The translations under genes and the position numbers were made by a program. The notes beneath the pieces were generated by a model. That model was not told where the DNA came from, ran no database searches, and worked only from the letters and a program-made list of their open reading frames with translations. Of a stretch of 64,000 bases of DNA, positions 28,532 through 39,900 are shown piece after piece. The DNA comes from an uncultured delta proteobacterium (lineage in GTDB: Bacteria; Myxococcota_A; Polyangia; Polyangiales; Polyangiaceae). How positions within the stretch are numbered: the first letter of the stretch is position 1; each line of letters opens with the position of its first letter. The stretch covers positions 4,928,001 to 4,992,000 of the forward strand of contig CAWAIF010000003.1 of NCBI GenBank assembly GCA_963782055.1, read 5' to 3'.

Positions 28532-30541
28532 TCACCCGCCTGTCGGCGGGTGCCCCCCTTCTTCGCTGGCCTTGTCCAGGTCGAGGATCTTCGCCTGGCC
28601 CACGTAGCTCTTGGTCTCGTACTTGGTGATCTTGCCGATCTTCCGGACGATCTCCGCCATGCGCTCCGCCTCGGCGCGGATCACCTCCGCCACCTCGTGG
28701 GCGGGCGCGGAGGGATCCAGCTTGCGCTTGAGCAGCTCGGCGGACATCACGACGGAGGTGAGCGGCTGGTTGAGCTCGTGCGCGGCGGCGCCGGCCAGCT
28801 CGGCGATGACGGCCTGCCGCTCCTGCGCGAGGAGCTGCTCCTGCGCCTGCTGCAGGCGCGCCTCCATGCGGATCTTCTCGCGCAGGTCGGTGAAGATGCC
28901 CACCGACCCGACGACCGCGGTGCCGTCGTAGAGCAGCGCCGCGGAGAGGCTCACCGGCACGTGCTCGCCCTGCGAGGTCAGGATGTCGGCGCGCATGCCC
29001 TCCACCCTGCCCTGCCCCTCCCGGATCAGGCGCATGACGCGGAGGGCGCCATCGTCGGGGTAGAGCGCGCGGACGTCGGTCCCGATCACCTGGGCGGCGG
29101 GCACGCCGTAGATGCGCTCCGCCGCGCGGTTGAACAGCAGCACGCTCCCCTTGAGATCGGCGCTGATGATGGCGTCGACGCTGGAGTCGATGACGCGCTC
29201 GAGGAAGTTCTTGGTCTTCAGCAGCTCCGCCGCGACCTCGCGATCGCGGGTGACGTCTCGGAAGTTGCAGAGGACCACGCCTTCTTCCCGGAGCACCGAG
29301 CTGAAGGAGAGGCTGAGGATCAGCGGCGCGCCGTTCTTGTGGCGCACGCGCACGTCCAGGTCGCGCGGATACAGGCCCCTCGCGAAGCCCTCGCGCAGCT
29401 CGTGCCCGCGGTTCGCCTCCTCGCGCGAGAGCAGGTCACCCAGGCGGCGGCCGCGCAGGTCCTCCTCGCCGTAGCCGGTGATCTCCCGCGCCTTCGGGTT
29501 GGAGAAGAGCAGGCGGCCCTCCTGGTCCAGCACGACGATGCCGTCGGCGGCGCTCTCGAAGAAGTCGGCGTAGCGCTGCAGCGAGCGCAGGCGCCGCTCC
29601 GCCTCGAAGCGCGCGACGGTGACCTGCTGGGTCTGGTCGCGCAGCGACTGGAGGACCCGCGCGTTGCGCAGGGCGATGGCCATCGCGTTGGAGACGGTGC
29701 GGCAGAGCGCCAGCTCCCGCTCGCCGAAGGCGACCTGGTGCTTGGCGCGCAGGAAGAGCACGCCCATCGGCCGCTCCTCGTAGAGGATGGGCAGGATGGC
29801 GAGCGAGTTGAAGGCGCGCGCCTGCGTGTCGTGGCGGACGATCTCCAGCAGCGGGTGGGTCGCCGCGTCGCGGATGACCAGCGCCTCGCCGCTCTGGAGC
29901 ACCTGCTTGATCTCCGGGTACTTCTCCAGGTCGATGGGCAGGTCGCGCAGGGACTCGTCGTCGCTCGCGGCGACGACGTAACCCACGTCGCCCTGCTCGC
30001 GCACGAGCACGATGCTCACGCGGTCGACCTTGGCGACCTCCGCGATGCGCTGCACGACGGTGAAGAGGATGCCGCGAAAATCCAGGTTGGACGCGAGCGC
30101 CTGGGTGAGCTCCAGGACGACCTGGGCGTCGCGCTCCTTGCGCTCCAGCTCGTCCATCACGCGCCGCAGGCGGAGCTGGCCGCGGATGCGCGCCACGAGC
30201 TCGACGGGGCGGAAGGGCTTGCGGACGAAGTCGTCGGCGCCCGACTCGAAGGCGCGCGCGACCTCGGCGTCGGCGTCGAGCGCGGTGAGCACGACGACCG
30301 GGACGTCCTGCGTCTCCGGCCGCGAACGCAGGATGCGCAGCACCTGGTAGCCGTCGGGCGGGGGCATCACCAGATCGAGCAACACCAGCGAGGGCCGGAC
30401 CTGATCCACCTTCTGCAGGGCCTCTGTGCCGGACGACACCGCCACGTAGGGCAGGTCGGCTGTGGACAACGCCTGGCAGAGCACGTGGCGGCTCACCGCG
30501 TCGTCGTCCACAACAAGGACAGGACCTACCACCACGTACAA
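28532..30541 (-). CDS. REC-GAF-PAS-PAS-HisKA signalling protein lacking an ATPase domain
   Basis: VLVVDDD...LLDLVMP...LTA...KPF receiver; GAF region; two PAS starts (FFESAADGIVVLD, VIDSSVDAIISAD); AAHELNQPL. The protein ends about 65 aa later with no N/G boxes. Confidence 0.88.
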   Translation of the reverse strand: MYVVVGPVLVVDDDAVSRHVLCQALSTADLPYVAVSSGTEALQKVDQVRPSLVLLDLVMPPPDGYQVLRILRSRPETQDVPVVVLTALDADAEVARAFESGADDFVRKPFRPVELVARIRGQLRLRRVMDELERKERDAQVVLELTQALASNLDFRGILFTVVQRIAEVAKVDRVSIVLVREQGDVGYVVAASDDESLRDLPIDLEKYPEIKQVLQSGEALVIRDAATHPLLEIVRHDTQARAFNSLAILPILYEERPMGVLFLRAKHQVAFGERELALCRTVSNAMAIALRNARVLQSLRDQTQQVTVARFEAERRLRSLQRYADFFESAADGIVVLDQEGRLLFSNPKAREITGYGEEDLRGRRLGDLLSREEANRGHELREGFARGLYPRDLDVRVRHKNGAPLILSLSFSSVLREEGVVLCNFRDVTRDREVAAELLKTKNFLERVIDSSVDAIISADLKGSVLLFNRAAERIYGVPAAQVIGTDVRALYPDDGALRVMRLIREGQGRVEGMRADILTSQGEHVPVSLSAALLYDGTAVVGSVGIFTDLREKIRMEARLQQAQEQLLAQERQAVIAELAGAAAHELNQPLTSVVMSAELLKRKLDPSAPAHEVAEVIRAEAERMAEIVRKIGKITKYETKSYVGQAKILDLDKASEEGGHPPTGG

Positions 30542-30568
30542 AAGTCTACGCTGCGCGGGAAGCCACGT

Positions 30569-31675
30569 CTACTCGTCGGATTCTTCACCCTTTTGCGTGT
30601 CGAACAGGCCGGTTTGGGCCGGCGTGCCCCGCGTGGGCGAGACGCCCATGTGCTCGTAGGCCTTGCGCGTGGCGATGCGGCCGCGGGGCGTGCGGCCCAA
30701 AAAACCCTGCTGCAGGAGGAACGGCTCGTAGACGTCCTCGACGGTGTCGCGCGGCTCGCCGAGCGCGGCGGCGAGCGTCTCCACGCCGACCGGGCCGCCG
30801 TCGTAGTCCTCGATGATGATGCGCAGCAGCCGGCGGTCCATCTCGTCGAAGCCGGCCTCGTCGATCTCCAGGCGGCGTGCGGCCTCCTTGACGGCGGCCG
30901 CGTCGATGTCGCCGGTGCCGAGCACCTCGGCGAAGTCGCGCACGCGGCGCAGCAGGCGGTTGGCCACGCGCGGGGTGCCGCGGGCGCGCCGGGCGATCTC
31001 GGTGCAGGCGGCGTCGTCGATGGTCGCGCCGAGCAGCCGCGCGCTCCGATCCACGATGCGCGCGAGCTCCGGGACCGGATAGAAGTCCAGCCGCACGATG
31101 TGCCCGAAGCGGGAGAAGAGCGGCGCGGTGAGCAGTCCGGTGCGCGTCGTCGCGCCGACGAGGGTGAAGGGCTTGAGGTCGATCTGGATGGAGGACGCGA
31201 AGGCCCCCTCCCCCGTCATGACGTCGATGCGGAAGTCCTCCATCGCCGGGTAGAGGCTCTCCTCCACCACCGGGTTGAGGCGGTGGATCTCGTCGATGAA
31301 GAGGATGTCGCCCGGGCCGAGCTTGGTGAGCAGGCCGGCGAGGGCGCCCTTGTGCTCGACCACCGGGCCGTTGGTCATGTGCAGCTCGACGCCCATCTCG
31401 TGGGCGAGGATCTGCGCGAGGGTCGTCTTGCCCAGGCCGGGCGGGCCGCACAGCAGGAGGTGATCCAGCGGCTCGCCGCGGCGCTTCGCCGCCTCGACGA
31501 AGACGCGCAGGTTGTCCTTGTGCTTCTCCTGGCCGACGTAGTCGTCGAACGTCCGCGGCCGCAGGGTGCGGTCGTAGCGCGAGTCGTCGCCCTGCGCCGA
31601 CCCGTCGAGCGGGTGCGCGACCGGCTCGGCGACGGCGGACCTCGGCGCTTTCCCGTTCGGCACGCCGCCGCTCAC
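30569..31675 (-). CDS. ruvB: Holliday junction branch migration helicase RuvB
   Basis: [82 protein letters not shown] start overlaps the icd stop. Confidence 0.97.
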   Translation of the reverse strand: MSGGVPNGKAPRSAVAEPVAHPLDGSAQGDDSRYDRTLRPRTFDDYVGQEKHKDNLRVFVEAAKRRGEPLDHLLLCGPPGLGKTTLAQILAHEMGVELHMTNGPVVEHKGALAGLLTKLGPGDILFIDEIHRLNPVVEESLYPAMEDFRIDVMTGEGAFASSIQIDLKPFTLVGATTRTGLLTAPLFSRFGHIVRLDFYPVPELARIVDRSARLLGATIDDAACTEIARRARGTPRVANRLLRRVRDFAEVLGTGDIDAAAVKEAARRLEIDEAGFDEMDRRLLRIIIEDYDGGPVGVETLAAALGEPRDTVEDVYEPFLLQQGFLGRTPRGRIATRKAYEHMGVSPTRGTPAQTGLFDTQKGEESDE

Positions 31676-32967
31676 ATGTGCGCGATCAGGTTGTCCCCGA
31701 ACTCGCTGCACTTCACCTCCGTCGCGCCCTCCATCAGGCGGGCGAAGTCGTAGGTGACGCGCTTGGAGGCGATGGCGCCGTCCATGGCCTTGATGACGCG
31801 GTCGGCCGCCTCGGTCCAGCCCATGTAGCGGAGCATCATCTCGCCGGAGAGGATGACCGAGCCGGGGTTGACCTTGTCCAGGTCGGCGTACTTGGGCGCC
31901 GTGCCGTGGGTCGCCTCGAAGATGGCGTGGCCGGTGACGTAGTTGACGTTGCCGCCCGGCGCGATGCCGATGCCGCCGACCTGCGCGGCCAGCGCGTCGG
32001 AGAGGTAGTCGCCGTTGAGGTTGAGCGTGGCGATGACCTCGAACTCCTTCGGCCGGGTGAGCACCTGCTGGAGGGTGATGTCGGCGATGGCGTCCTTCAC
32101 CAGCAGCTTGCCGCCGTCCAGCGCCGCCTTCTGCTCCGCGTTCGCCGCGGGCTCGCCCTTGTCCGCCTTGGTCTTCTCCCACTGCTGCCAGGTGTAGACC
32201 TTGCTGGCGAACTCGCGCTCGGCGAGGGCGTAGCCCCACTTCATGAAGGCACCCTCGGTGAACTTCATGATGTTGCCCTTGTGGACGAAGGTGACGCTCT
32301 TGCGGCCGTTCTTCAGGGCGTACTCGATCGCCGCGCGGACCAGGCGCTCGGTGCCCTCGCGGCTCACCGGCTTGATCCCGATGCCGGCGGTGCCGGGGAA
32401 GCGGATCTTCTTGAAGTCCTTCGGGAACTCCTTCTCGATGAAGGCTATGATCTTCTTCGCCTGCTCGCTCTCCGCCTCGAACTCGATGCCGGCGTAGATG
32501 TCCTCGGTGTTCTCGCGGAAGATCACCATGTCCACCCACTCGGGGTGCTTGACCGGGCTGGGCACGCCCTTGAACCAGCGCACCGGGCGCAGGCACACGT
32601 AGAGGTCGAGCATCTGCCGCAGGGCCACGTTGAGGGAGCGGATGCCGCCGCCGATCGGCGTGGTGAGCGGTCCCTTGATGCCGACGAGGTACTTGCGGAA
32701 GGCCGCGATGGTCTCGTCGGGGAGCCAGTTGTTGAAGGCCTTGAAGGCCTTCTCGCCGGCGAACACCTCGTACCAGGCGATCTTCTTCTTGCCGCCGTAG
32801 GTCTTCTCCACGGCCGCGTCGAGCACGCGCACGCTGGCGCGCCAGATGTCGCGGCCGGTGCCGTCGCCCTCGATGAAGGGGAGGATGGGGTTGTCGGGGA
32901 CGCTGAGCTTGCCGTCGGCGCCCATGGTGATGGGCTGACCGGAGGTGGGGGGGGCGAAATCGGCCAT
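31672..32967 (-). CDS. icd: NADP-dependent isocitrate dehydrogenase (E. coli-type dimeric)
   Basis: [83 protein letters not shown]. Confidence 0.97.
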   Translation of the reverse strand: MADFAPPTSGQPITMGADGKLSVPDNPILPFIEGDGTGRDIWRASVRVLDAAVEKTYGGKKKIAWYEVFAGEKAFKAFNNWLPDETIAAFRKYLVGIKGPLTTPIGGGIRSLNVALRQMLDLYVCLRPVRWFKGVPSPVKHPEWVDMVIFRENTEDIYAGIEFEAESEQAKKIIAFIEKEFPKDFKKIRFPGTAGIGIKPVSREGTERLVRAAIEYALKNGRKSVTFVHKGNIMKFTEGAFMKWGYALAEREFASKVYTWQQWEKTKADKGEPAANAEQKAALDGGKLLVKDAIADITLQQVLTRPKEFEVIATLNLNGDYLSDALAAQVGGIGIAPGGNVNYVTGHAIFEATHGTAPKYADLDKVNPGSVILSGEMMLRYMGWTEAADRVIKAMDGAIASKRVTYDFARLMEGATEVKCSEFGDNLIAHM

Positions 32968-33158
32968 GGGACTCTCCGCGTAGGGGCGGCGGCGCAACAC
33001 GCAAGTCGCCGGGTGCTTGCACTTAGCAAGGACCGGCAGGCGCGTCCACGGCATTGCCGAGCCGGCGGCTCGCGTCGCCGAGACGCTCAGCCGGCTTGGG
33101 GCCTCGGCCATGGGCTTTCGGGCGTGCGCCCGCGCGGCACGCTTGGTAGGAACGGGCG

Positions 33159-36100
33159 ATGCCTCGCGCCCTCTCGCTCCTCGGCCTGAGCTCTCTCCTT
33201 CTGGTCGCGCTCGCGCCGTCCCTCTCGGCCGCGACGCCCCACAAGGCGGGCAAGGCGGCCAGGGCGCTCGCCGCCGCCCCCACGGCGGGCAGCGCCGACG
33301 CCCGCTACACCGACGTCACCCCCGACGCGATGATCGACGCGGCCCGCGCGCGCGCCATCGCCGGCAAGACGGACCACGCGGCGGTGGGCGCCATCGCCAC
33401 CATCCTGACCCTCGCCGACCGCGCGGAGGAGGGCGTGGCGGACAGGGCGCTCGCCGCCATCGCCGCCGACGAGGCGCTCGCCGCCGACGTGCGCGACGAG
33501 GCGCGCCTCGCCGTGCGCGCGCTCGCCGCCGACGAGGGCGAGCCCGCGGGCGTCCACGCCGACGAGGCCCTCGGCGTGGTGACGCACCTGGCGCTCGCCG
33601 GGCCCTTCCGCGACACCGGCGGCGGCGTCACCCGCAAGGAAGGTCCGGAGGCGCCCGGCGGCGTCGCGATGGACCCGAAGGCGGACTACTCGTGGGGCAC
33701 GGTGCTGGTGCGCTGGCGCGCGCTGCCCCCGCCCTTCGCTCAGGCCGCCGGTGTCCCGGAGGACGTCTTCGTCTCGCCGCGGCGGGAGAGCTGCTCGTAC
33801 GTGGCCACGCGTTTGGTGCTGGAGCACGCAGAGCCCATCGTCGTGCGCCTCGCGTCCACCGGGCAGGCCCGCCTGACCTTCGACGGCGCCGACGTCGGGT
33901 CGAGCCAGGACGTGCACCAGAGCGCGCTCTTCGATCGCATCGCCGGGCGCGTCGACGCCGCGGCGGGCGAGCATGTGCTGGAGGCCAAGGTGTGCACCTC
34001 CGCGCTCAGCGACGACGGTCGCTTCCGCCTGCGCGTGACCGACCCGAAGGGCCACGCGACGGACGCGCGCATGGAGGTCGGCCCGCCGAAGGGGCACATC
34101 GCGATCGGCAAGCAGAAGATCACCCGGCTGCCCACGCCGCTCGAGCGCACGCTGGAGACGAAGCGCGGCGCGGACATGGACACGCTGCTCGACGCGATCC
34201 TGGCGCGCACGCTGGCCGGCGCCGACGACGCCAAGAGCCCGCGGGCGCCCGGACTCCTCGACGCCTTCACCCACGCGTCTGGCCTGGACCCCGACCGCCT
34301 CGCGATGGCGGGCTGGGTGGCGCCGAGCGGGTCCAACCGCAGCGGGTGGCTCAACCTCGCCCGCGAGCAGGCGGCCAAGGCGCACGACGGGCGTGCGGAG
34401 GCGTTCGCCTCACGGCGGCTCATCGCGCAGCGCCTCAACGCGCGGATGCCCGACTGGGCGCGGGCGACGGCCAACGGCTCCATCGCCGGGGCGAAGGACG
34501 ACGAGGCCGCGCTGCTGGACGCCATGGTGAACGAGGCGCTCGGCACCGACGCGCTGCGCCTGCGGGCCTACCAGCGCCTCTCGGCGGTGGCCCTCGCGCG
34601 GGGCAAGGCGGCGCCGACGTCGCTGCTGGAGGAGCTCGCCTCCCTCGCCTCCTCCTACGATCCCGGCCTGGAGAAGAAGGTGCGGGTGCTGCTGCGCGAC
34701 CGCGGCGAGCGCGGCGCCGGATACGTGAGCAGCGTCGCGCGCTCCGGCTCGGCCGACGCGCTCAAGACCGCCGCGGTGGGCGCGCTGCAGACCGGCGCCG
34801 TCGACGACGCCGACGACGCGATCGGGATCGCGCACGTGCTGGGCAACGCCGGCATCCACGACGAGGCGCTGGTGCTCTTCTCGTCGATCGCCGCGTGGGC
34901 GCCCAACCGGGCGGGCTCCTGGTCGGGGATGTCGGAGGAGGCGCGAGGCGCGAGGCCTCAGGTGGCGGAGGCCGCGGCGCACCTCATCGGCGCGCACACC
35001 GCCGCGCAGCTCGTCGAGGGGAGCCTGCGCCGCGCGCGCGAGCTGGAGCCGAGCGAGGCGAAGTACCGCGCGCTGCTCGCCCTGCGCGCCAAGGATCACA
35101 ACGAGTCGCCGGAGGCGCACGAGGACGAGAAGTACCTGGTGCCCGCGTCGGTCATCCTGGCGCGCCGGCAGGGCGTCCCCAAGCACCCCGACGTGGCCGA
35201 CCGCGAGCTGCACTGGGTGCGCGCGGTGGTGATGCACAAGGACCGCCGCGTCTCGCAGCTCATCCAGTACGCCCGGGAGATCGTCATCCCGCCGCGCAGC
35301 CAGGAGGAGCTCTACGAGGACATCCCCGCGGAGGGCGACCTCACCGAGATCCTGCACGCGCGCGTGTACCGCAAGGACGGCGGCACCGCCTTCCCGCTCG
35401 AGGAAGTGAGCGAGGGCGCGCGGCCGCGCATCCGCTGGCCGGAGCTCGAGCCGGGGGACACGGTGGAGGTGGCCATCCGCACCTGGACCGATCACGCCGT
35501 GGGCGGCCGTGGCGATCCGCCGTACTACTTCCTGGACTACGCCGGCTCCACCTCGTCGCACCCCATCGTCTACAACGAGGTGGACGTGGAGGCGCCGACG
35601 CGGACGCCCATCTACGTCGACGTCGTGCACGCCGCGCCGGGCAGCTTCCGGCGCACCGAGAAGGACGAGAACGGGCGCCACGTCACGCGCCTGATCTGGA
35701 CCAAACCGCCGTCGGTCCCGGAGGAGCCCATGGCCCCGGCCCTGAGCGAGATCATCCCGGTGATCGCCGGCTCCACCTTCAAGAACTGGAAGGACTTCCG
35801 CGCCTGGTACGAGGAGGCGGTGCAGGGCTTCACCGTGCCCGACGAGCAGGTCAAGCGCCTCGCCGCCGAGCTGACGAAGGGCAAGACGACCCGCGAGGCG
35901 AAGCTCAAGGCCCTCTTCGACTTCGTCGCCGACGACATCCGCTACGTCAACTACGTGAGCGGCGAGTTCTGGCTGCCCAACCGCCCGCAGCAGCTCCTCG
36001 CGCGGCGCGAGGGCGACTGCGACGACAAGGCCATCCTGCTCATCACGCTGCTGCGCGCGGTCGGCATCCAGGCGCAGGAGGTCATGGTGCAGACGCGCCT

Positions 36101-36986
36101 GACCGGCCAGCCGACGGTGGTCCTCGCCAAGAACGTGGCGGTCCCCCTCTTCGATCACGGCATCGCCTTCCTGCCGGGGCCGGGCGGCGGCACCTACCTC
36201 GACGCGACGAGCCCCCAGTCCCGGCTCGGCCCGCTGCCCTCGATGGACGCGCGCGCGGTCGCCCTGCGCCTGGACAACGGCCCGGCGGAGATCGTCCACC
36301 TGCCGGCCAGCTCGCCCGACGATCACGGCTCGGAGGTCGTCTGGAAGGTCACGCTGAAGAAGGACGGCTCCGGCGACCTCGCCGGCGAGGAGCACCACAC
36401 CGGCGACGGCGCCTTCTTCCTGCGCAGCTTCCTCAAGGAGCCCGACGGCCGCGCGCAGTACGTCGAGGACAACCTGATCGGCGGGTGGTTCCCCACCGTG
36501 CACGTCGACAAGGACGTGCAGTTCGACGGCGAGCTGCCGCACGGCGCGGCTGTGGTGAAGTACAAGGCCCACTCCGACGGCCTGGCGCGCAAGGAGCACG
36601 GCGACCTCGTGGTCCCCCTCTCGCCGAGCTGGACGCTCACCTCCTCGCTCGCCCCGCTGGTGAAGCGCACCCTGCCGGTCTCGCTGCCCCCCAACCTGGC
36701 GCCGAGCCACCAGGCGCGCACCATGCGGGTGACCGCGCCGGCGGGCTACGTGTGGGGCGATCTCCCGCCCGGCGGCACCGTCGACGGCGGCGAGTTCGGC
36801 CGGGCCACGCTGGAGGTGACGCGCGACCCGCACAACCCGCGCGTGGCGATCGTCAAGCGGTCGGTGATCTTCGACCTGCACCTCGTCCCCGTGGACAAGT
36901 ACCTGGCGTGGCGCGCCTTCCTGCAGCACATCGACGGCCTGATGCACCGGACCCTGCGTGCGGTGCTGGCGGGAGGTGCGAAGTGA
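33159..36986 (+). CDS. Large exported TPR + DUF3857 + transglutaminase-like protein (intact Cys-His-Asp triad)
   Basis: Signal peptide; helical region; [11 protein letters not shown] (DUF3857-like); [12 protein letters not shown]...[28 protein letters not shown]. Confidence 0.85.
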   Translation: MPRALSLLGLSSLLLVALAPSLSAATPHKAGKAARALAAAPTAGSADARYTDVTPDAMIDAARARAIAGKTDHAAVGAIATILTLADRAEEGVADRALAAIAADEALAADVRDEARLAVRALAADEGEPAGVHADEALGVVTHLALAGPFRDTGGGVTRKEGPEAPGGVAMDPKADYSWGTVLVRWRALPPPFAQAAGVPEDVFVSPRRESCSYVATRLVLEHAEPIVVRLASTGQARLTFDGADVGSSQDVHQSALFDRIAGRVDAAAGEHVLEAKVCTSALSDDGRFRLRVTDPKGHATDARMEVGPPKGHIAIGKQKITRLPTPLERTLETKRGADMDTLLDAILARTLAGADDAKSPRAPGLLDAFTHASGLDPDRLAMAGWVAPSGSNRSGWLNLAREQAAKAHDGRAEAFASRRLIAQRLNARMPDWARATANGSIAGAKDDEAALLDAMVNEALGTDALRLRAYQRLSAVALARGKAAPTSLLEELASLASSYDPGLEKKVRVLLRDRGERGAGYVSSVARSGSADALKTAAVGALQTGAVDDADDAIGIAHVLGNAGIHDEALVLFSSIAAWAPNRAGSWSGMSEEARGARPQVAEAAAHLIGAHTAAQLVEGSLRRARELEPSEAKYRALLALRAKDHNESPEAHEDEKYLVPASVILARRQGVPKHPDVADRELHWVRAVVMHKDRRVSQLIQYAREIVIPPRSQEELYEDIPAEGDLTEILHARVYRKDGGTAFPLEEVSEGARPRIRWPELEPGDTVEVAIRTWTDHAVGGRGDPPYYFLDYAGSTSSHPIVYNEVDVEAPTRTPIYVDVVHAAPGSFRRTEKDENGRHVTRLIWTKPPSVPEEPMAPALSEIIPVIAGSTFKNWKDFRAWYEEAVQGFTVPDEQVKRLAAELTKGKTTREAKLKALFDFVADDIRYVNYVSGEFWLPNRPQQLLARREGDCDDKAILLITLLRAVGIQAQEVMVQTRLTGQPTVVLAKNVAVPLFDHGIAFLPGPGGGTYLDATSPQSRLGPLPSMDARAVALRLDNGPAEIVHLPASSPDDHGSEVVWKVTLKKDGSGDLAGEEHHTGDGAFFLRSFLKEPDGRAQYVEDNLIGGWFPTVHVDKDVQFDGELPHGAAVVKYKAHSDGLARKEHGDLVVPLSPSWTLTSSLAPLVKRTLPVSLPPNLAPSHQARTMRVTAPAGYVWGDLPPGGTVDGGEFGRATLEVTRDPHNPRVAIVKRSVIFDLHLVPVDKYLAWRAFLQHIDGLMHRTLRAVLAGGAK

Positions 36987-39900
36987 GCCCCCGCGTGACA
37001 CGCGCGCTCGCGCTGCTGGGCATCTCGGCGGCGGTGGCTTGCGGCGGTCCGGGCGCGAAGGCGCCGCACGGGTCGGCCGCCGGCCTCGCCTCCAGCTTCG
37101 GCGTCGCGCTGCGCACCGAGGCGCTGGGCGATCAGGTCCAGGCCGAGGCGCAGTACGCCCGCACGGTGGACGCGGCCGCCGCGGCGGGCGGGGACCCGCG
37201 CGCGCTGCTGGCCGTGCTCGCCTCGCTCGACGCCCTGGCCGAGCGGGACGTCACCGCCCTCTCCGACGCGACGGTCGGCGGCGCGCTGTTCGACCGGACC
37301 GCCCCCACCCCGCGCGGCGCCGCCGAGGCGCACCTGGCGACGAGCGCCGGCATGGCCGACGACCCCTTCACCAAGGGGCTGCTCGCACGCACCCTCGCCG
37401 GCCTCGCCGCGCGCCGCGGCGACGCGCAGGCCGCGGAGCGCTGGCGGCAGGCGAGCGGGTGCGCGCGCGAGGCGACCGTCATCGGCCCCGTCGACTGGGC
37501 GGTCATCACCGGCGTCGCCGACGCCGACCCGCTGGCGCGCTTCGACGCGCCGATCGCGGCGTCGTACGCGTCACCCGGTCCCTTCGCGCGGCCGCTGCCA
37601 CCCGTCGTGGTGCGCGGGCGCGGCTGCGCCATCCCGATGGCCGCGGCCAGCCCGCTGAACGGGGTGCGCGACGTCGTCGTGGACGTCACCGTGCCGAAGG
37701 AGCAGGACATCGGCGTCGCGCTGCGCACCGACAGCGCCGCCACCTTGCGGGTGGGCGGCGCGGTGGCGGTGCGCCGCGGCTACGACCTCGGCGGCGACGA
37801 CGTGGTGCGCTTCGCGCGCGTGCACGTCGGCGCCGGCCGCGTGCGGCTCGTCGCGCGCATCGGCGCGACCGGCAGCTCCGACCTGCAGATGGCCGCCTGG
37901 GACGAGCACGGCGACGCGCTCGCCATGCACGCGCCCGGCCCCGGCGAGCGGGCGAACGCGCGGGCGACGCGCGTCGCGCCGGTGACGTTCCCCGCCCCCG
38001 TCAGCGACGACGACCGCGTCCTGTACGCGGCGGGCATGCTCGCCTCGGGCGACGGCCACGCGGCCGAGCGCGCGCTCCACGCGGCCGCCGCCCGACCCGA
38101 CGCCTCGCCCGCGCTGCTCCTCGTCTACGGCCGCGCCCTGGAGACGGCCCAGGACGTGAGCCTGGTGCACCGCATCGAGCGCGAGCGAACGGTCTACGAC
38201 CGCCTGCTCGAGAAGTGGCCTGGCGCCTGGGAGGCCATCCTCATGCACGCGCGGCTCGCCGCCGACCGCAAGGGGATGAGCGAGGCGCGCGTGGAGGCGC
38301 TCAAGGACCTGGAGACGCACCGCGCGAAGGCGCCGGCGACCGCCCGCCCCCTGCTCGCCGCCTTCGAGGCCGCGATCGCCGGGCGCGAGGGCCTGCACGG
38401 GCGCGCGCACAGAGCCTTCGAGGAAGCCAGGAAGACGCTCGACGGCACCTCCCTCCTCCACGACGTCAGCCGCATCGCCTTCGGCCGGACGGCCGCGGAG
38501 TCGCTGTCGTTCGAGTGCGCCGCCACGCCGGGCAACGACCGCTCGGGGCTCGGCTGCTACGCCGCGCTCCGCGGCATGGGCCGGCACGCCGAGGCGGCGC
38601 GCGAGCTCGACCGGCTCCGCCAGGTGCTCGGGCAGCCCCGCGGCTTCATGGCCATCACCCTGCGCGACGCGCTCGGCCTGGGGGACCTGCAGGCCGCGCG
38701 GCGCGCCTACGACGCCCTGCTTCCGGGGGAGCACTCCCTCGGGACGCTGGCCGCCCTGCGCGCCGCCCCGGACGCCGGCCCGCCGGCCATCACCCCCGCG
38801 CAGGTGCTGGCGCTCGCGCCGGTCTCGCGCGACGCCCCCGGCGCCATCCCCTCCCTGATGCGCGCGCTGGGCCGCGATCCCGCGGCGCAGTTCGACGGCG
38901 TGGCGGAGAAGCTCGCCGCTGAAGACCGCGTCAAGCGGAAGCTCGCCGACGCGGCGACGGCGCTCCTGCAGCACACCGAGAAGTACGAGATCTACCCCGG
39001 GGGCGTCGTGCACTACGTCATGTTCGACGTGCGGCGCGTGAGCGGCACGACGGACGTCGAGCAGAACGCCGCGGCGCTGCCGCCGGCGCTGACAGGCCGG
39101 AGCACCGCCCGCATCCTGCGCCGCCGCATCTACAAGAAGGACGGCCGCGTGCTCGAGCCCGATCGCACGCCCAACGCGGCCCAGAGCCACGCCGACCTCG
39201 CCCAGCTCGAGGAGGGGGACGTGGTGGAGGTGATCTACGAGGGCTGGGCGGTACCTGGCGAGACGGGCGACGTCGGCATCGACACCCCCGACCTGCTCCC
39301 CGAGCGCACGGCCATCGCGCAGGCCGACATCGAGATCCGCATGCCCCGCTCCCTGCACGGGTCGATGTGGGTCCACCCGTTGCTCGGCAAGGCCGCCGAG
39401 ACGACCGAGGGCGACCAGCGCGTGCTGCGCTGGCACATGGCCGACCACCCGACGCGCCGCCTCGAGTACGGCGTGCCCAAGATGGACCGCGACGTGAGCG
39501 TCAGCTTCTCCACGAGCACGTGGAAGACGGTGGCGCGCTCGCTGCGCGAGACGATCGCCGGCCTGGACGACGACGACGCCGAGGTCGCCGCGTGGGCGGC
39601 CGCGGCCGCCGCCGGCAAGGCGCCGCGCTCGCGCGAGCTCGTCTCCGCGGTGGTGGCGCGGGCCGGCGAGACGGTGCGAGAGGCGGAGGGCGGCGTGCTC
39701 TCCGACATCGGCATCGGCCGCTCGCAGGGTCCGCAGACGACGACCGCGCGATCCATCCTGGTGGACCGCGAGGGTTCGCGCACCTGGCTGATCGTCAAGG
39801 CCCTGCGCGACCTGGGCGTGCCCGTCGACGTCGTCGTCGCCGAGAACGATCCGTACAGCGCCGACCCCAACTTCCCCGCGCACTACGGGCGCTTCCAGCA

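Noticed and set aside
27140..31753. 1537-aa plus-strand ORF, and similar long ORFs at 10080..13439, 16469..19363, 34410..37001, 37571..40705 and the 5' parts of 33017..40762 and 54022..57780
   Set aside because: Antisense or off-frame shadows of well-supported genes. High GC suppresses stop codons, and the translations are Arg/Gly/Ala-rich with no motifs.
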